A DNA stretch of 63,522 nucleotides, filler included. It is 6 parts of 6 records of this genome, joined end to end, with 100 filler letters (N's around TTAATTAATTAA, not from the genome) between each part and the next. Parts side by side here need not be neighbours in the genome. Positions count along the whole stretch, not along the records: positions 30,139 to 55,565 come from SRR20825010_2964; 5 more parts are not named here. One strand, 5' to 3'. Below are positions 35,469 through 45,182 of the stretch, piece by piece. Both the position numbers and the translations under genes were made by a program. Position 1 is the first letter of the stretch. Each line of letters opens with the position of its first letter. Below the pieces are notes generated by a model. The model saw nothing but the letters and a program-made list of their open reading frames with translations. It ran no database searches and had not been told where the DNA came from.

Positions 35469-38090
35469 TTATGCCAGATCGGCGGCTGTTACCCGCAGAT
35501 CGCTGACCTCGACATTGTAAGACTGATCGGAAACCGACAGCCGCGCTTCGAACGACACCGCCCGGCAATTGACCTCGGCAACGTCAAGACGTTGCCATTC
35601 CGACCAGACCGGCGAACCGGTCGGATCATCATCGGTGGTGCGGAACCACACGGAACAATCCCCATCACCCCCTGCACCGCCGTCAAACGAGTCCCATTCA
35701 TCCACGGTCCCCGCACGGTCATCGACCGTGTCGATCACACTGACGACCAGCAACGTCACCGACGCGGTCAGCCGCTTGCGCGACTTGGTTGTGAAATCGA
35801 ACCCCGACGCAAAGCCGTATGTGCCGGATGTTACAATCCCGCCATAGGCATCCAACGATGCAACCGCATCAAAATCGGGAATGTCATCGATCAACCCCTC
35901 GCCGGGCAGCAGAAGCTTGCCATCGGCAACAATGGTGCCGTCCAGATCACCCGACCATGCCGGGTTTTCGACCACTGACCCGATATCGGCATATTCAAGT
36001 ATCGTTGCCGCATCGGTCGATATGACCGCCGGATCCGACGCCGTGCCGCTGGCATCGACAAACTGCACCAGGTACGAACCAGCACGCAGCGCGACATTCG
36101 CCTGCACCGATCCGCCCGGCAACGGATTGCCAATCGTGCCGCTATTGTAAAGTTCCGCGCCAGACAGGGATGACGACCAGCGAATAAGAACTTCGCCACC
36201 CTGCAACACATCCAGATCGCCGGATTGATCCCATTCCAGAATCGCGAACCCGCCAAGGCTGCGGATGGTCAGGCCGGTTGGCGCGGTCGGCTTACCCGAA
36301 AGGCCGTAAATCTCCCGCCGTACCGTGACATAGTCCGAACTTGCCCCGACCCGGTTGATCGCCTTGACCCGGATGTCGTAAATTCCCGGTGTGGCGTCAA
36401 ATATTTCAAACCGTGGCGAATCCACCCGCGGCTTATCATCCCATTCCAGCGCACCGACTTCGCGGATTTCGAACTGATAGGATACAACAAACCCGTCATC
36501 GGCCTCGCCCGCTACCAGAACGATCTTGGACTTGACGCCGCCGCCATCGCGGGTCGAATACAAAACCTCCGTCACATCCAGACCATCGGGCGGGGATACA
36601 TCACCGGGACCCGGCAAGGTATTGGCCGCCGATGCCGCAACGATGGTTTCGTCGTCGGCGGTCCAGTCATAGACTGCCGATGCCGTCTCGCGCAGCGTGA
36701 TATCGACACCCAGCCGGATCACGTCGCCATCTTCGCGGGGGGCCAGACGCCAGGTCACCACCTCGAACGGTTTGTTATCCCAGCCATAGGCCGACCTGGT
36801 AATTCCGACCACATCGCCGACCTGCACCGCAAAAGCCTTGAGGTTGCATTTAAGCTCAACCTCGGCCTGCAGACGGTTCTTGAACAGCGCCTGCTTCTGC
36901 AACCGCTGCCCGCAGGCCGGGGACGTGGTGAACAGGAATTCACGGTCGACCGCGATTTCGCGACCCTGATCCTCGGCAATGAAGGTTGCCGATTTCAGAA
37001 CCGGCAGGTCGGTCGGCTGCCAAAGGCTTTCGGGCGAGGAATATACCCCGCGCACCACGTTAAACAGGTCACGCTTTGACTGCCGGGTCCGTACCCGGAT
37101 CGGGCCGTCAAGCCAGCTTTCATCGATTTCGATTTCCGGTGTGCGATAATAGCCCGGCAGGATCGACCATTTTCCGCCCGCACGTGTCGCAATACCGCCA
37201 CCCGGATTAAGCAGTTCGCGCAGATTGTCGCCGACCGGATTGCCGGTATCGATCACCCCCGAAACGACGTAACGTTTTTCGGTGCCACCCGCCGCCAGCG
37301 TGACATCCTCGTCACACACATTGGCCGACGCGATCAGGGTATCTTCCTCTATCGCCTCATAGCCCGAACCGACACCGTCGGAAATCTTGACATAGTCCGC
37401 GGTTACCAGCGCCCAGTTATCGGTGTAACCGGTCGTATCGCTGCGCGGGTCATAGATATCTTTCTTGCCCTTCACCAGGCATTTGATCTGCGGGATGCCG
37501 CCCGCATAAATGTCCTGGTCATAGGTCAGTTCACAATACAGCTTGGCGCATCCGCGCTGCCGATGATCAACCGTCCATTCGCTGTTGCGTGCCCGCATCG
37601 CGGCCAGCAGGTCGGCATCGCCTGCATCCGTGCCGTCACCCTTCCAGAACCATGCAAACCCGGCATATTTGCCGATGGCATTGCCTGTGCCCGATCCGGA
37701 AAACACCTTGGTATCGCCAAACCAGATATCGCCGATTTCCTCGACCGGATGACCGGTCAGGGTGATCAGCCATTGCAGCTTGCGCTTGCCATCGGTGACA
37801 TTCATGTATGTCACCGGGCCAGAAGCCTGCACCTCGCCATAAATGATCGGGCGGGTTGCCAAAGGCTGGCGCACCATCTGGGTCCGGCTTGAAAGGGCAG
37901 AGGCCGCCGTGATACCCGCAGCCTTCGATTTCGCAGATGCGCCGAACGCAGACGCCGCAGCGACCGAAACAACCGCACCCACCACAGCACCGGCAAGACT
38001 TGCGATCCAGCCCGCCGCAAAGGCCGCAACCGCCGCCTTGGTCCCGGCCGCCGCCGCTGCTGCTGCAATGACCGGGATCACCTGTGGCAT
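35469..38090 (-). CDS. Central tail tip / host-specificity protein (gpJ-like)
   Basis: RPIIYGE, VKGKK.IYDPR, FNVVRG.Y, FN3-like YDIRVKAIN. Confidence 0.88.
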   Translation of the reverse strand: MPQVIPVIAAAAAAAGTKAAVAAFAAGWIASLAGAVVGAVVSVAAASAFGASAKSKAAGITAASALSSRTQMVRQPLATRPIIYGEVQASGPVTYMNVTDGKRKLQWLITLTGHPVEEIGDIWFGDTKVFSGSGTGNAIGKYAGFAWFWKGDGTDAGDADLLAAMRARNSEWTVDHRQRGCAKLYCELTYDQDIYAGGIPQIKCLVKGKKDIYDPRSDTTGYTDNWALVTADYVKISDGVGSGYEAIEEDTLIASANVCDEDVTLAAGGTEKRYVVSGVIDTGNPVGDNLRELLNPGGGIATRAGGKWSILPGYYRTPEIEIDESWLDGPIRVRTRQSKRDLFNVVRGVYSSPESLWQPTDLPVLKSATFIAEDQGREIAVDREFLFTTSPACGQRLQKQALFKNRLQAEVELKCNLKAFAVQVGDVVGITRSAYGWDNKPFEVVTWRLAPREDGDVIRLGVDITLRETASAVYDWTADDETIVAASAANTLPGPGDVSPPDGLDVTEVLYSTRDGGGVKSKIVLVAGEADDGFVVSYQFEIREVGALEWDDKPRVDSPRFEIFDATPGIYDIRVKAINRVGASSDYVTVRREIYGLSGKPTAPTGLTIRSLGGFAILEWDQSGDLDVLQGGEVLIRWSSSLSGAELYNSGTIGNPLPGGSVQANVALRAGSYLVQFVDASGTASDPAVISTDAATILEYADIGSVVENPAWSGDLDGTIVADGKLLLPGEGLIDDIPDFDAVASLDAYGGIVTSGTYGFASGFDFTTKSRKRLTASVTLLVVSVIDTVDDRAGTVDEWDSFDGGAGGDGDCSVWFRTTDDDPTGSPVWSEWQRLDVAEVNCRAVSFEARLSVSDQSYNVEVSDLRVTAADLA

Positions 38091-38093
38091 TCG

Positions 38094-38513
38094 TCAGACC
38101 CTCCAGGCACGCAGGCCCGATTTGATGGATAGATAAACCAGACCGGCGGCACCCTGTGTCGCCCAGCGTGGGCCGACACAGATCGCAAGCGCCTCGCCCT
38201 CGTCGGTATTGACAAGGCCAACATCACCGCGCCGCGCCATCAGAACCGGGATTTCCGGCCAGCCAAGCCCGGCGGTGATCTTTTCCGCTGTCGCTGCAAG
38301 CCCGCCACCGGCAAAGCGTTTCAGCGCGCCATAGGCCCCGGTTTTCGTCTTGTATTTGCCGCGAAAGGCGCGGGCCGGATCGATCCCGGTGATTGCCTGC
38401 AACCCGTCACACACGGTCAGGCAGCAATCGGCAGAACCCCACGAAAAAGACCGCCTTGCGGCGGCCTGTTGCCAGTCTGACAGTTTGCTTTCCCAAAGTG
38501 GCAATCGCGTCAC
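38094..38513 (-). CDS. NlpC/P60-like tail protein (DUF6950-like)
   Basis: FSWGSADCC, ITGIDP, ARRGDV, AWRV; GTGA overlap with the upstream gene. Confidence 0.8.
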   Translation of the reverse strand: MTRLPLWESKLSDWQQAAARRSFSWGSADCCLTVCDGLQAITGIDPARAFRGKYKTKTGAYGALKRFAGGGLAATAEKITAGLGWPEIPVLMARRGDVGLVNTDEGEALAICVGPRWATQGAAGLVYLSIKSGLRAWRV

Positions 38514-39073
38514 TTGATCTGCCCCCATGTGATTTCGGTATCCTGCAGGCGGTTGACGAACTCGAACCCGCGATCATCCGGGTAAATCGCCTTCTGATCT
38601 TCATCGGTAAACCGCCGGACTTTCGACCGTTCCAAATCGACCAGATCGCTTTCGACCGTCACCGATATCGTGATCGTGGTGGCGTCATCATCGATCACCG
38701 GCACGTCGGTCAGTCCGGAAAACGCCTTGTACGGCGTGCCGATCAGAACGCCAGTATCGGACATCGCCCCGACATGAAGATCACCCGGCAGGCCCTGCCG
38801 CATTTCGGTCAGCGTCAGCGACAGGTATTCAATCGGAATCCCGGACAACTGGAAGGTCAGGCCGTTGGCCTGGATTTCCTCGGTTTCCTCGATTTCCGAT
38901 ATGCCGACGAATTCACCGCCGCCCAGCCATTCAAACCCGCCCCACGAAATCGGCCCGATCCCGGTCCACATCCGCACATCATCAGACGCTGCGCCGATGC
39001 GCCCAAACAGAACCGGCATCAACCGGTCGCCCGACAATTGCGCCAGCAGATCCGGATCAATGTCGGTTCTCAT
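38510..39073 (-). CDS. Minor tail protein (hub / gpL-like)
   Basis: RMWTGIG.I.WGG, RRFTDEDQK..YPDDRGFEFV..LQD..I.WG. Confidence 0.8.
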   Translation of the reverse strand: MRTDIDPDLLAQLSGDRLMPVLFGRIGAASDDVRMWTGIGPISWGGFEWLGGGEFVGISEIEETEEIQANGLTFQLSGIPIEYLSLTLTEMRQGLPGDLHVGAMSDTGVLIGTPYKAFSGLTDVPVIDDDATTITISVTVESDLVDLERSKVRRFTDEDQKAIYPDDRGFEFVNRLQDTEITWGQIK

Positions 39074-39705
39074 GTGATGTACTCCATCGCCCCGAAGGTG
39101 ATGCCGTCGTAATAATCACCGGGATTGCCGCGCCACTGCCCGGTTTCGCCGGGCTTGAGACGAAACACACCCTTGGGGTCGCGGTAAACCACCGTTGCCC
39201 CGTCGACATAGGCCGCACGGGTGGCGGGCCAGATATCGATATCGGCCGCACCGGTCATTTCATCGGTGATTTCAACATCGTTCAGAACCATGTGCAGACG
39301 CGATGCGCTGCCACTGCCAAGCTGGATATAATCGCCCTTCCGCAAGGCAAAGCCGTCCGGGTCGTCCGTTGTCCAGTTGATCGTCGATATGGTGCGGATC
39401 CGCGCGGCATGCGCCCCCGCAAGCTGCACGGTCACCACGTCGGTGTTATTCTGCGGGAACCGCGCCAGCGGGTCATTGGCAAGAAACGGGTTAAGCGGCC
39501 CGCGACATTGGAGAAGAAACACCTGCATCGCCGTGACATCCGCCCGGCGCTCCGGCGCGAACGTCATGGCGATATCCCATCGCTCCCCCTGATTGGCCTG
39601 CGCCTGCCCCTGAAAGGTAAAATTGGAAATCGCCAGCCCGACGGAATTGACCGGGGTGACGGTTATTTCCATCGGTACAGTTGGCAAGGCAATCGGATCG
39701 GTCAT
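39070..39705 (-). CDS. Distal tail protein-like
   Basis: Directly after the tape measure; LRKGDYIQLG, IWPATR, PKGVFRL. Confidence 0.72.
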   Translation of the reverse strand: MTDPIALPTVPMEITVTPVNSVGLAISNFTFQGQAQANQGERWDIAMTFAPERRADVTAMQVFLLQCRGPLNPFLANDPLARFPQNNTDVVTVQLAGAHAARIRTISTINWTTDDPDGFALRKGDYIQLGSGSASRLHMVLNDVEITDEMTGAADIDIWPATRAAYVDGATVVYRDPKGVFRLKPGETGQWRGNPGDYYDGITFGAMEYIT

Positions 39706-39708
39706 GTT

Positions 39709-41697
39709 TTAACGCCCCCTGATTGCCCGCCCGGCACTACCGCCGCGTCGTGCCTGATCAGACACGGCATTTACGGCCCGTTTGTTGAATGTGCTGTCAA
39801 TGCGCCGCACTTCGCCGCCAATCGCCGTGATGGCGGTTTCAAGCCGTGCCATCCCCGCCTGATCGGCACCGCGCGCATCGATATTGAATATCGCCGACGG
39901 CCCGCCGGAATTGGCGGCGGGCATTTTCGGCATACGGATATCGACCGGAATCTTGCCAGACGGCACCGGAACATAAGCCTCCGGCACCGAACCCTCGCCG
40001 AACATCGCAAGTTGCGGCGAATTGGCGATGCCACCCTCGGAATATTGCCGCAATGGCAGCTTGCCGCGCGATGTCATGATGCCGCCATCGGCAAAGGCAA
40101 ACATTGATCCCCAGTCAATACCACCGATGGCACCACCAATCGCATCCGCCGCTGGCTGGGCGATTTGCTGCTGCCAGACCATTTCGGCAATCGACATCGC
40201 AAGCTGATCCACCTTGCCCCGCGCGTCATCCGCCCAACCGCCAAGATCGGAAAAGGCATTACCCAACACACGACCGACTTCCTTGCCGGTTTTGTTCAGC
40301 TTTTCGTTGGCCTTGGTCAGATCATCCGCTGCCGCCGATGCCGCCCGGCCATAGGTTTCCTGACTGATCGCGCCCTCGGCCAGCAATTCGCGCAGCCGTT
40401 CGATTTCGTCGTTGTATTTTTCCTGTGCGGTGCGGTTGGCTTCGGTGACCCGCGCACCTTCCTCCATAACCTTGGCTTCACGATCAAGGGCATCGTTCAA
40501 ATCTTCCAAACGTTGCTTGTAATCGTAAACATCACCAGCCAATTGCCTGATGAGGATACCTTGCGCACTTGCACCATCAACACCGGCACGGCGCAGCGCG
40601 TTATTTACCTCAAGCTCGCGATTGGTCATTTCAAATGCGGAAAGCTCGTACTGCAGAGCTTCGATCACAGCACCGATTTTTTCCGCCTGCCGCTCCGCAT
40701 CATCCGCAGCTTTTTTGCGCGATTTGTCGGCCTCTTGCGACGCCTTGAATTCCTCGCTGGAATCAATCGCTGCGGTCATACTGTCATTCAGATCGTCGAA
40801 TTTTGCCTGCAATTCGGCAATTTCGTTGATCTGATTCTGATAGACACCCGCATCAATCGGTTCATCACCAATACCGAACATCGGATCGTTCGACATGGCG
40901 TTGATGCGCTCGATTTCTGCCTTTCTGATTTCCAGCGCAGCCTTGGCCGCTTCCAATCGCGCCTTGGCGGTTTTCAGGATTTCGTCGCGCTCATCGCGCA
41001 GGAGTTCGGCACTTTCTTTCTGCTGATCGTTCAGCTTTTTAATGAATTCCTCGGCCTTCTTCACCGACTTTTCATAAGCTTCAAGGCTGGTTGCGGCTTC
41101 ATCGGCTGATTCGCTGGTATCCCAGAACGCAATCGCCAAAGCCCCGGCAATGGCTGCCGCAGCGCCAATAACAGCACCCCACGGACCGAAAGCCCCAAGC
41201 AACTGCGATGCCTGCTGCGTTAGGGCCACAAGCACATTCTGTCCGCTGGCAACCTGCACCGCAAAGTCACCGACCTGATAACCTGCCTGCTGTGCGATAG
41301 CACCAAACCGGCGGTAATTCGGCACGGCCTTGACGACCGCATTGTCGTTTGCCGCGACCGCAACACCCGCCTGATTGAGTTTTGCGACATAGGCATCAAA
41401 ACGGTCGTTTAACTGGCGATAGGCGGCATTGGCTTCTTTGGTAGTGATAGCCCCCTTTTCCAAAGCGAGACGAACCTTGTCCGACTGGCGCTCAAGATTC
41501 TGACCTGCACGAGCCAAGGGGTCCAAAGACGCCTGAAGCTGATTGAACGCCTTTGCGGCCCGTTTCGTGCTGCGGTCCATATTGGTCGAAGTGGTATCAA
41601 CCAGCCGACCAGCCCGTTTGAAGTTCGCTTCAAGCCGTTCAAGTTCCGCATCAATCGAAACGGACATACCGACTTTTTGCAGTTCGCCCGCCATCAC
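39709..41697 (-). CDS. Tape measure protein
   Basis: Ala-rich helical; QQAGYQVGDFAVQVASGQ, GPWGAVIGA, FADGG, MFGEGSVPEAYVP. Confidence 0.92.
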   Translation of the reverse strand: MMAGELQKVGMSVSIDAELERLEANFKRAGRLVDTTSTNMDRSTKRAAKAFNQLQASLDPLARAGQNLERQSDKVRLALEKGAITTKEANAAYRQLNDRFDAYVAKLNQAGVAVAANDNAVVKAVPNYRRFGAIAQQAGYQVGDFAVQVASGQNVLVALTQQASQLLGAFGPWGAVIGAAAAIAGALAIAFWDTSESADEAATSLEAYEKSVKKAEEFIKKLNDQQKESAELLRDERDEILKTAKARLEAAKAALEIRKAEIERINAMSNDPMFGIGDEPIDAGVYQNQINEIAELQAKFDDLNDSMTAAIDSSEEFKASQEADKSRKKAADDAERQAEKIGAVIEALQYELSAFEMTNRELEVNNALRRAGVDGASAQGILIRQLAGDVYDYKQRLEDLNDALDREAKVMEEGARVTEANRTAQEKYNDEIERLRELLAEGAISQETYGRAASAAADDLTKANEKLNKTGKEVGRVLGNAFSDLGGWADDARGKVDQLAMSIAEMVWQQQIAQPAADAIGGAIGGIDWGSMFAFADGGIMTSRGKLPLRQYSEGGIANSPQLAMFGEGSVPEAYVPVPSGKIPVDIRMPKMPAANSGGPSAIFNIDARGADQAGMARLETAITAIGGEVRRIDSTFNKRAVNAVSDQARRGGSAGRAIRGR

Positions 41698-42137
41698 ACA
41701 CCCTCGCGCAAAGCTTCGCGGATCGCCTGGACGATCAGCCGTTCGATTTCATCACGGTTGCCGTCCATCGCACGCTCAAGAATGCGAAGGGCCGGGCGTT
41801 TCGGCACGCGCATCGTGAAACGCCTGCCATTGCGACGATAGGAAACCTCGCCGCCCTTGGTCCCGCCATCAAGAAACCGGAACCAGAAATGATCTTCCGC
41901 AAGGTCACGGGTCGGCAGGCCGATATCGTAGGAAAGCCCGCCATCCCCGGCCAGAATCGTCAAACCGTCTCGTGCATGCGGGCCGGGGTTGCTGGCGTCA
42001 ATCGGCGTCAACGCCTCCATATCGAACAGCACAAGCTGTGCTGCCTTATGCAGGGCTTCCTCGACATTCTCACGGATCCGCGACGGAATACCGTGCTGCA
42101 GCGCCGCCACCAGTTCCTTTGTTCCGGTGACGGGCAT
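41694..42137 (-). CDS. HK97 gp10-like tail completion protein
   Basis: G.KEL..AL, L.P.D, FWFRFLDGGT, P.RP...LERA. Confidence 0.7.
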   Translation of the reverse strand: MPVTGTKELVAALQHGIPSRIRENVEEALHKAAQLVLFDMEALTPIDASNPGPHARDGLTILAGDGGLSYDIGLPTRDLAEDHFWFRFLDGGTKGGEVSYRRNGRRFTMRVPKRPALRILERAMDGNRDEIERLIVQAIREALREGV

Positions 42138-42142
42138 GGCGG

Positions 42143-42394
42143 CTATCTCCGTGACGGTTTCCAGCCCCGAAGGGCTGCCCGCAATTTGTCGGCGACTTCA
42201 TCCTTGGATGGCTGCCGTGTTTCCGGTTCGTCATCGACGCCATTGCTTTTGCGCAGGAAATCGATGCGGCCATCAAGCGCCAGCAGAATGCGCGGGACCG
42301 GCGTTTGCATCGCCTGTTCATCCGACCAGCCAAGCCATCCGGTCGCATAGCGATAAACAAGGTCCCACCATTCATCAAGGCTTACGGCTTTCCC
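42143..42394 (-). CDS. Tail assembly chaperone extension (gpT-like), reached by -1 frameshift
   Basis: The -1 frame from GGGAAAG reads GKAVSLDEWWDLVYRYATGWLGWSDEQAMQTPVPRILLALDGRIDFLRK...PSRR*; not in the ORF track. Confidence 0.85.
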   Translation of the reverse strand, partial: GKAVSLDEWWDLVYRYATGWLGWSDEQAMQTPVPRILLALDGRIDFLRKSNGVDDEPETRQPSKDEVADKLRAALRGWKPSRR

Positions 42395-42768
42395 GGCGCT
42401 TCATCCGCATCGCCCGCATCATCGGCAACATCGTTGCCATCAATGATCGGGCGTCCGCCATTCAGAAGAACCGTGATGTAATTGATCAGGTCCGCGCCAA
42501 GCTTGGCCTTGTCCGGCTCCTGCCAGATGGTCGTGACCAGATCGTCATATTCCGACGGCTTAAGCTTCAAGCCAGCCCCGGCAACGATAATCTGGGCCAT
42601 CGCGTCGAAATCAAGATCACGCACCTTGCGATAGGCCGGGTTAAGGCCACCGGCAAAGCTGTTGATCATCCGCACCGCGGATAGTTTCGGCGCAAGATAA
42701 TGAACAGTGCCCGCGACCGTAACGGTCAGTTCCGGGGCCGTGGCAACAGCCTGTTTTGTCTTGGTCAT
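42382..42768 (-). CDS. Tail assembly chaperone (gpG-like)
   Basis: Follows the tail tube gene; ends ...EAPGKP* over G-GGA-AAG. Confidence 0.85.
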   Translation of the reverse strand: MTKTKQAVATAPELTVTVAGTVHYLAPKLSAVRMINSFAGGLNPAYRKVRDLDFDAMAQIIVAGAGLKLKPSEYDDLVTTIWQEPDKAKLGADLINYITVLLNGGRPIIDGNDVADDAGDADEAPGKP

Positions 42769-42846
42769 CTGGATACCTTTCGGGGATCGGGGGAAAAGAT
42801 GGCGGGCGCGAACCCCCGTCACGCGCCCGCCTGCCGCGGCAATCTG

Positions 42847-43317
42847 TTAAACGGCGGCGACTTCAATCGGTCGGGTATTGATCCCGATATTACAGGTGGC
42901 ACCGACAACACTTTCAGGACTGCCAATCTGACGACGGAACGACATCACACGCCCGCGGAAAAAGAATGTCGTCGGGCTGGAAGGCGAACCGGTCCCGGCA
43001 TCATTCAATGTCACCTTGAACGCCCATTCGTTGTCCGACGCCAACGCAGCCTTGCATTGGTTCTGCCCCGTATCATCCGGGTCATAACCAAGCTGCAAAG
43101 GCAGTGACCCCGGATCCTCGGTGCCCTTGAACTTGCGCACCAGACGATCCGCAAGCGAGACATGGGTAATCGTCGAAAATTCCGCCCCGAATTCACCCAG
43201 ATCGGTAATTTCAGCAACTTCAAGGTATGTTTCCGCCTCGAACGCCGACTGCGTTGCCGCGACAGATGATCCGTCGGAAATAGAAAGTGTACACCCGGCC
43301 GCTGTTTGCACGGTCAT
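42847..43317 (-). CDS. Major tail tube protein
   Basis: EITDLGEFG, RKFKGTEDPGS, YDPDD.GQ, FFFRGRVMS. Confidence 0.88.
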   Translation of the reverse strand: MTVQTAAGCTLSISDGSSVAATQSAFEAETYLEVAEITDLGEFGAEFSTITHVSLADRLVRKFKGTEDPGSLPLQLGYDPDDTGQNQCKAALASDNEWAFKVTLNDAGTGSPSSPTTFFFRGRVMSFRRQIGSPESVVGATCNIGINTRPIEVAAV

Positions 43318-43362
43318 GGCAATGGCTCCTTAGTTTTGCATGAAATGGCCGTCACGGCCGGG

Positions 43363-43740
43363 TTAAGGCCGGATGATCGCGCGCAGCGTCACCCGCCCGG
43401 TATAGGTCGTTCCGTCAACATCCTTTGACGTCGTCACCCGCTCGAACCGCAGGTTTTCACACACCCCGGAATCCATTGCCGGGCACGTGTTTTCCGTGGC
43501 GGTGCGGATGGTATCGGCAATCTGCTTGACTTCCTTGCGACCGGCATAATCCGACCAGATCGACAGATAGACCATCACCGTTTCCCGGTACTGATCCAAG
43601 GCCCGGCTGTTTGACACCAGATCGGCATCAACCACCACATACGGATATTGCGCATCATCTGGCACATCATCGTAAACAGGACAGGACAACACCCCATCCA
43701 GCAGGGTGACGATGGCCTTTTGCAGATCAAGGCTGCTCAT
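43363..43740 (-). CDS. Tail terminator (DUF3168)
   Basis: LQKAI, VYDDVP...YPYVV, IWSDYAGRKEVKQI. Confidence 0.9.
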   Translation of the reverse strand: MSSLDLQKAIVTLLDGVLSCPVYDDVPDDAQYPYVVVDADLVSNSRALDQYRETVMVYLSIWSDYAGRKEVKQIADTIRTATENTCPAMDSGVCENLRFERVTTSKDVDGTTYTGRVTLRAIIRP

Positions 43741-44087
43741 TGCACCGCCCCCGTTTCCGCCTCGATCACGCGATCAAGGGCACGCGCCACATCCGGCGCA
43801 TGACGGATATCAAACACCAGCCCGCCCCACGAAAGCCGGTCACTCGCGGTTAAACCCGCCCAAACACCGGCATTGCGCGATGTGAACCGGTATCGTGATA
43901 CTGCCCGCTTGGCATCGCCAACCGCACTTTCATCGCCGCTGATCTGCAAACATTCCGCCCAGACCGTGCCGATATCGGCCCATGTTTCGGTTGCACCGCC
44001 ATATCCATCCGGCGTGCGCGTGACGCGCTGCACCGTGACCCGCTGATCAAATGCGCCAGCCCCGGCATTTCGCATCTTGCGCCGCAT
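43737..44087 (-). CDS. Head closure protein (SPP1 gp16-like)
   Basis: AG.FDQRVTVQ, DGYGG...TW..IGTVWA. Confidence 0.9.
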   Translation of the reverse strand: MRRKMRNAGAGAFDQRVTVQRVTRTPDGYGGATETWADIGTVWAECLQISGDESAVGDAKRAVSRYRFTSRNAGVWAGLTASDRLSWGGLVFDIRHAPDVARALDRVIEAETGAVQ

Positions 44088-44698
44088 CAGAACACCTGCC
44101 GGAACGGGCTTAACAGCCAGTCCACCGTTTTGTTTTGATGGATTTCGAAATCAACCGATTGCGCCTCGCGATGCTCATACAGATCGGCGATCAGAAGCAG
44201 CCCCGCATTGCGGATTGCCGCCGGAACGTCGTCCGCCGCATTGCCGTAGCCTGCCACAAAGGTCACCGTCACCGCATCAGGCACATCGCGGGTTGATGGC
44301 CATGTCTGACTGTATGCCGGCACAATGTGCGACGGATATTTTCCGCGGTTCACGACCTGATAAAGGCCGCTATCCAGGGTGATTTCATCGCCGTCATCGT
44401 CGATATATTCAATCGCCGATACCGTTTGCAAGGGCGGCAACGGTAACCGAATGGCGCAGGATCGCTGCGGAAAACGCGGCAATTTCATTTGCCATGTCTG
44501 CGTGATCAGGGCGCGGCCCAAAATGCCGTCAATCCCGTCAAGATGGCTTTGAACCCCGTCGCGATAGATCGCAATCAGGTCCTTGTCTTCTGGCGCTGCC
44601 GGGCTGCCGGAAAGCGGCACGCGCAGATGTTCATACACCCGCGCATCTTCCATGAAATCCGCTGCCGGGTCGGCAGTTCGTACCAAACTGTAATCCAT
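44087..44698 (-). CDS. Head-tail connector (gp6-like)
   Basis: HLRV, GRALITQTW, LPLPPLQ, FVAGYG..ADDVP..I..A.LL...LYEHRE. Confidence 0.92.
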   Translation of the reverse strand: MDYSLVRTADPAADFMEDARVYEHLRVPLSGSPAAPEDKDLIAIYRDGVQSHLDGIDGILGRALITQTWQMKLPRFPQRSCAIRLPLPPLQTVSAIEYIDDDGDEITLDSGLYQVVNRGKYPSHIVPAYSQTWPSTRDVPDAVTVTFVAGYGNAADDVPAAIRNAGLLLIADLYEHREAQSVDFEIHQNKTVDWLLSPFRQVF

Positions 44699-44754
44699 CA
44701 CCGCCCCAACGAAAAAGGGCCGCTCGAAGGCGACCTGCGCGAAACCTGAAACAT

Positions 44755-44784
44755 TTGACATAACTTATAAAGCAAGCGTAGCAT
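44755..44784 (+). promoter_or_regulatory. Sigma70-like promoter of the lipoprotein moron
   Basis: TTGACA (44755-60), 18-bp spacer, TAGCAT (44779-84); RBS AGGGAG before ATG 44814. Confidence 0.65.
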
Positions 44785-44813
44785 TCCACCCTTGATTGCA
44801 AAGGGAGTCTCAA

Positions 44814-45107
44814 ATGCGCACCGCCCCATTCATTATTATCGCAGCGACATTACTCACCGCGTGCGAGACAACCGACCGCGCTCGCGCTACTGAATTCGAA
44901 CCACTACCAAATGGTGAATTTAGATATCGCGCCGATCAGCTTTATCCGTACACGAATGAAGACCTGATCCGCTGGATGGAAACATCATTATCGGAAAACA
45001 ACTACTGCCAGAATGGTTATCAAATCACAGAAACCAAAGAAGTTGTTAGGGCTCAAACGATATTTGGCACCGCAATGTCCAAGATTTTCTTTGGCAAATG
45101 CAAATGA
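44814..45107 (+). CDS. Small lipoprotein (moron, antisense to the late operon)
   Basis: MRTAPFIIIAATLLTAC lipobox; two further Cys; AT-richer than its flanks. Confidence 0.8.
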   Translation: MRTAPFIIIAATLLTACETTDRARATEFEPLPNGEFRYRADQLYPYTNEDLIRWMETSLSENNYCQNGYQITETKEVVRAQTIFGTAMSKIFFGKCK

Positions 45108-45182
45108 ACATGACGATAGACAAACTTAAATAGGCATCTGGACAAGTAACCGATACCAAAGCACATCAGATTTTCTTTCCAA

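Noticed and set aside
42070-42378. 102-aa minus-strand ORF in the track
   Set aside because: Wrong frame; the -1 frame 42394-42143 carries the chaperone-like sequence and ends just before the next gene
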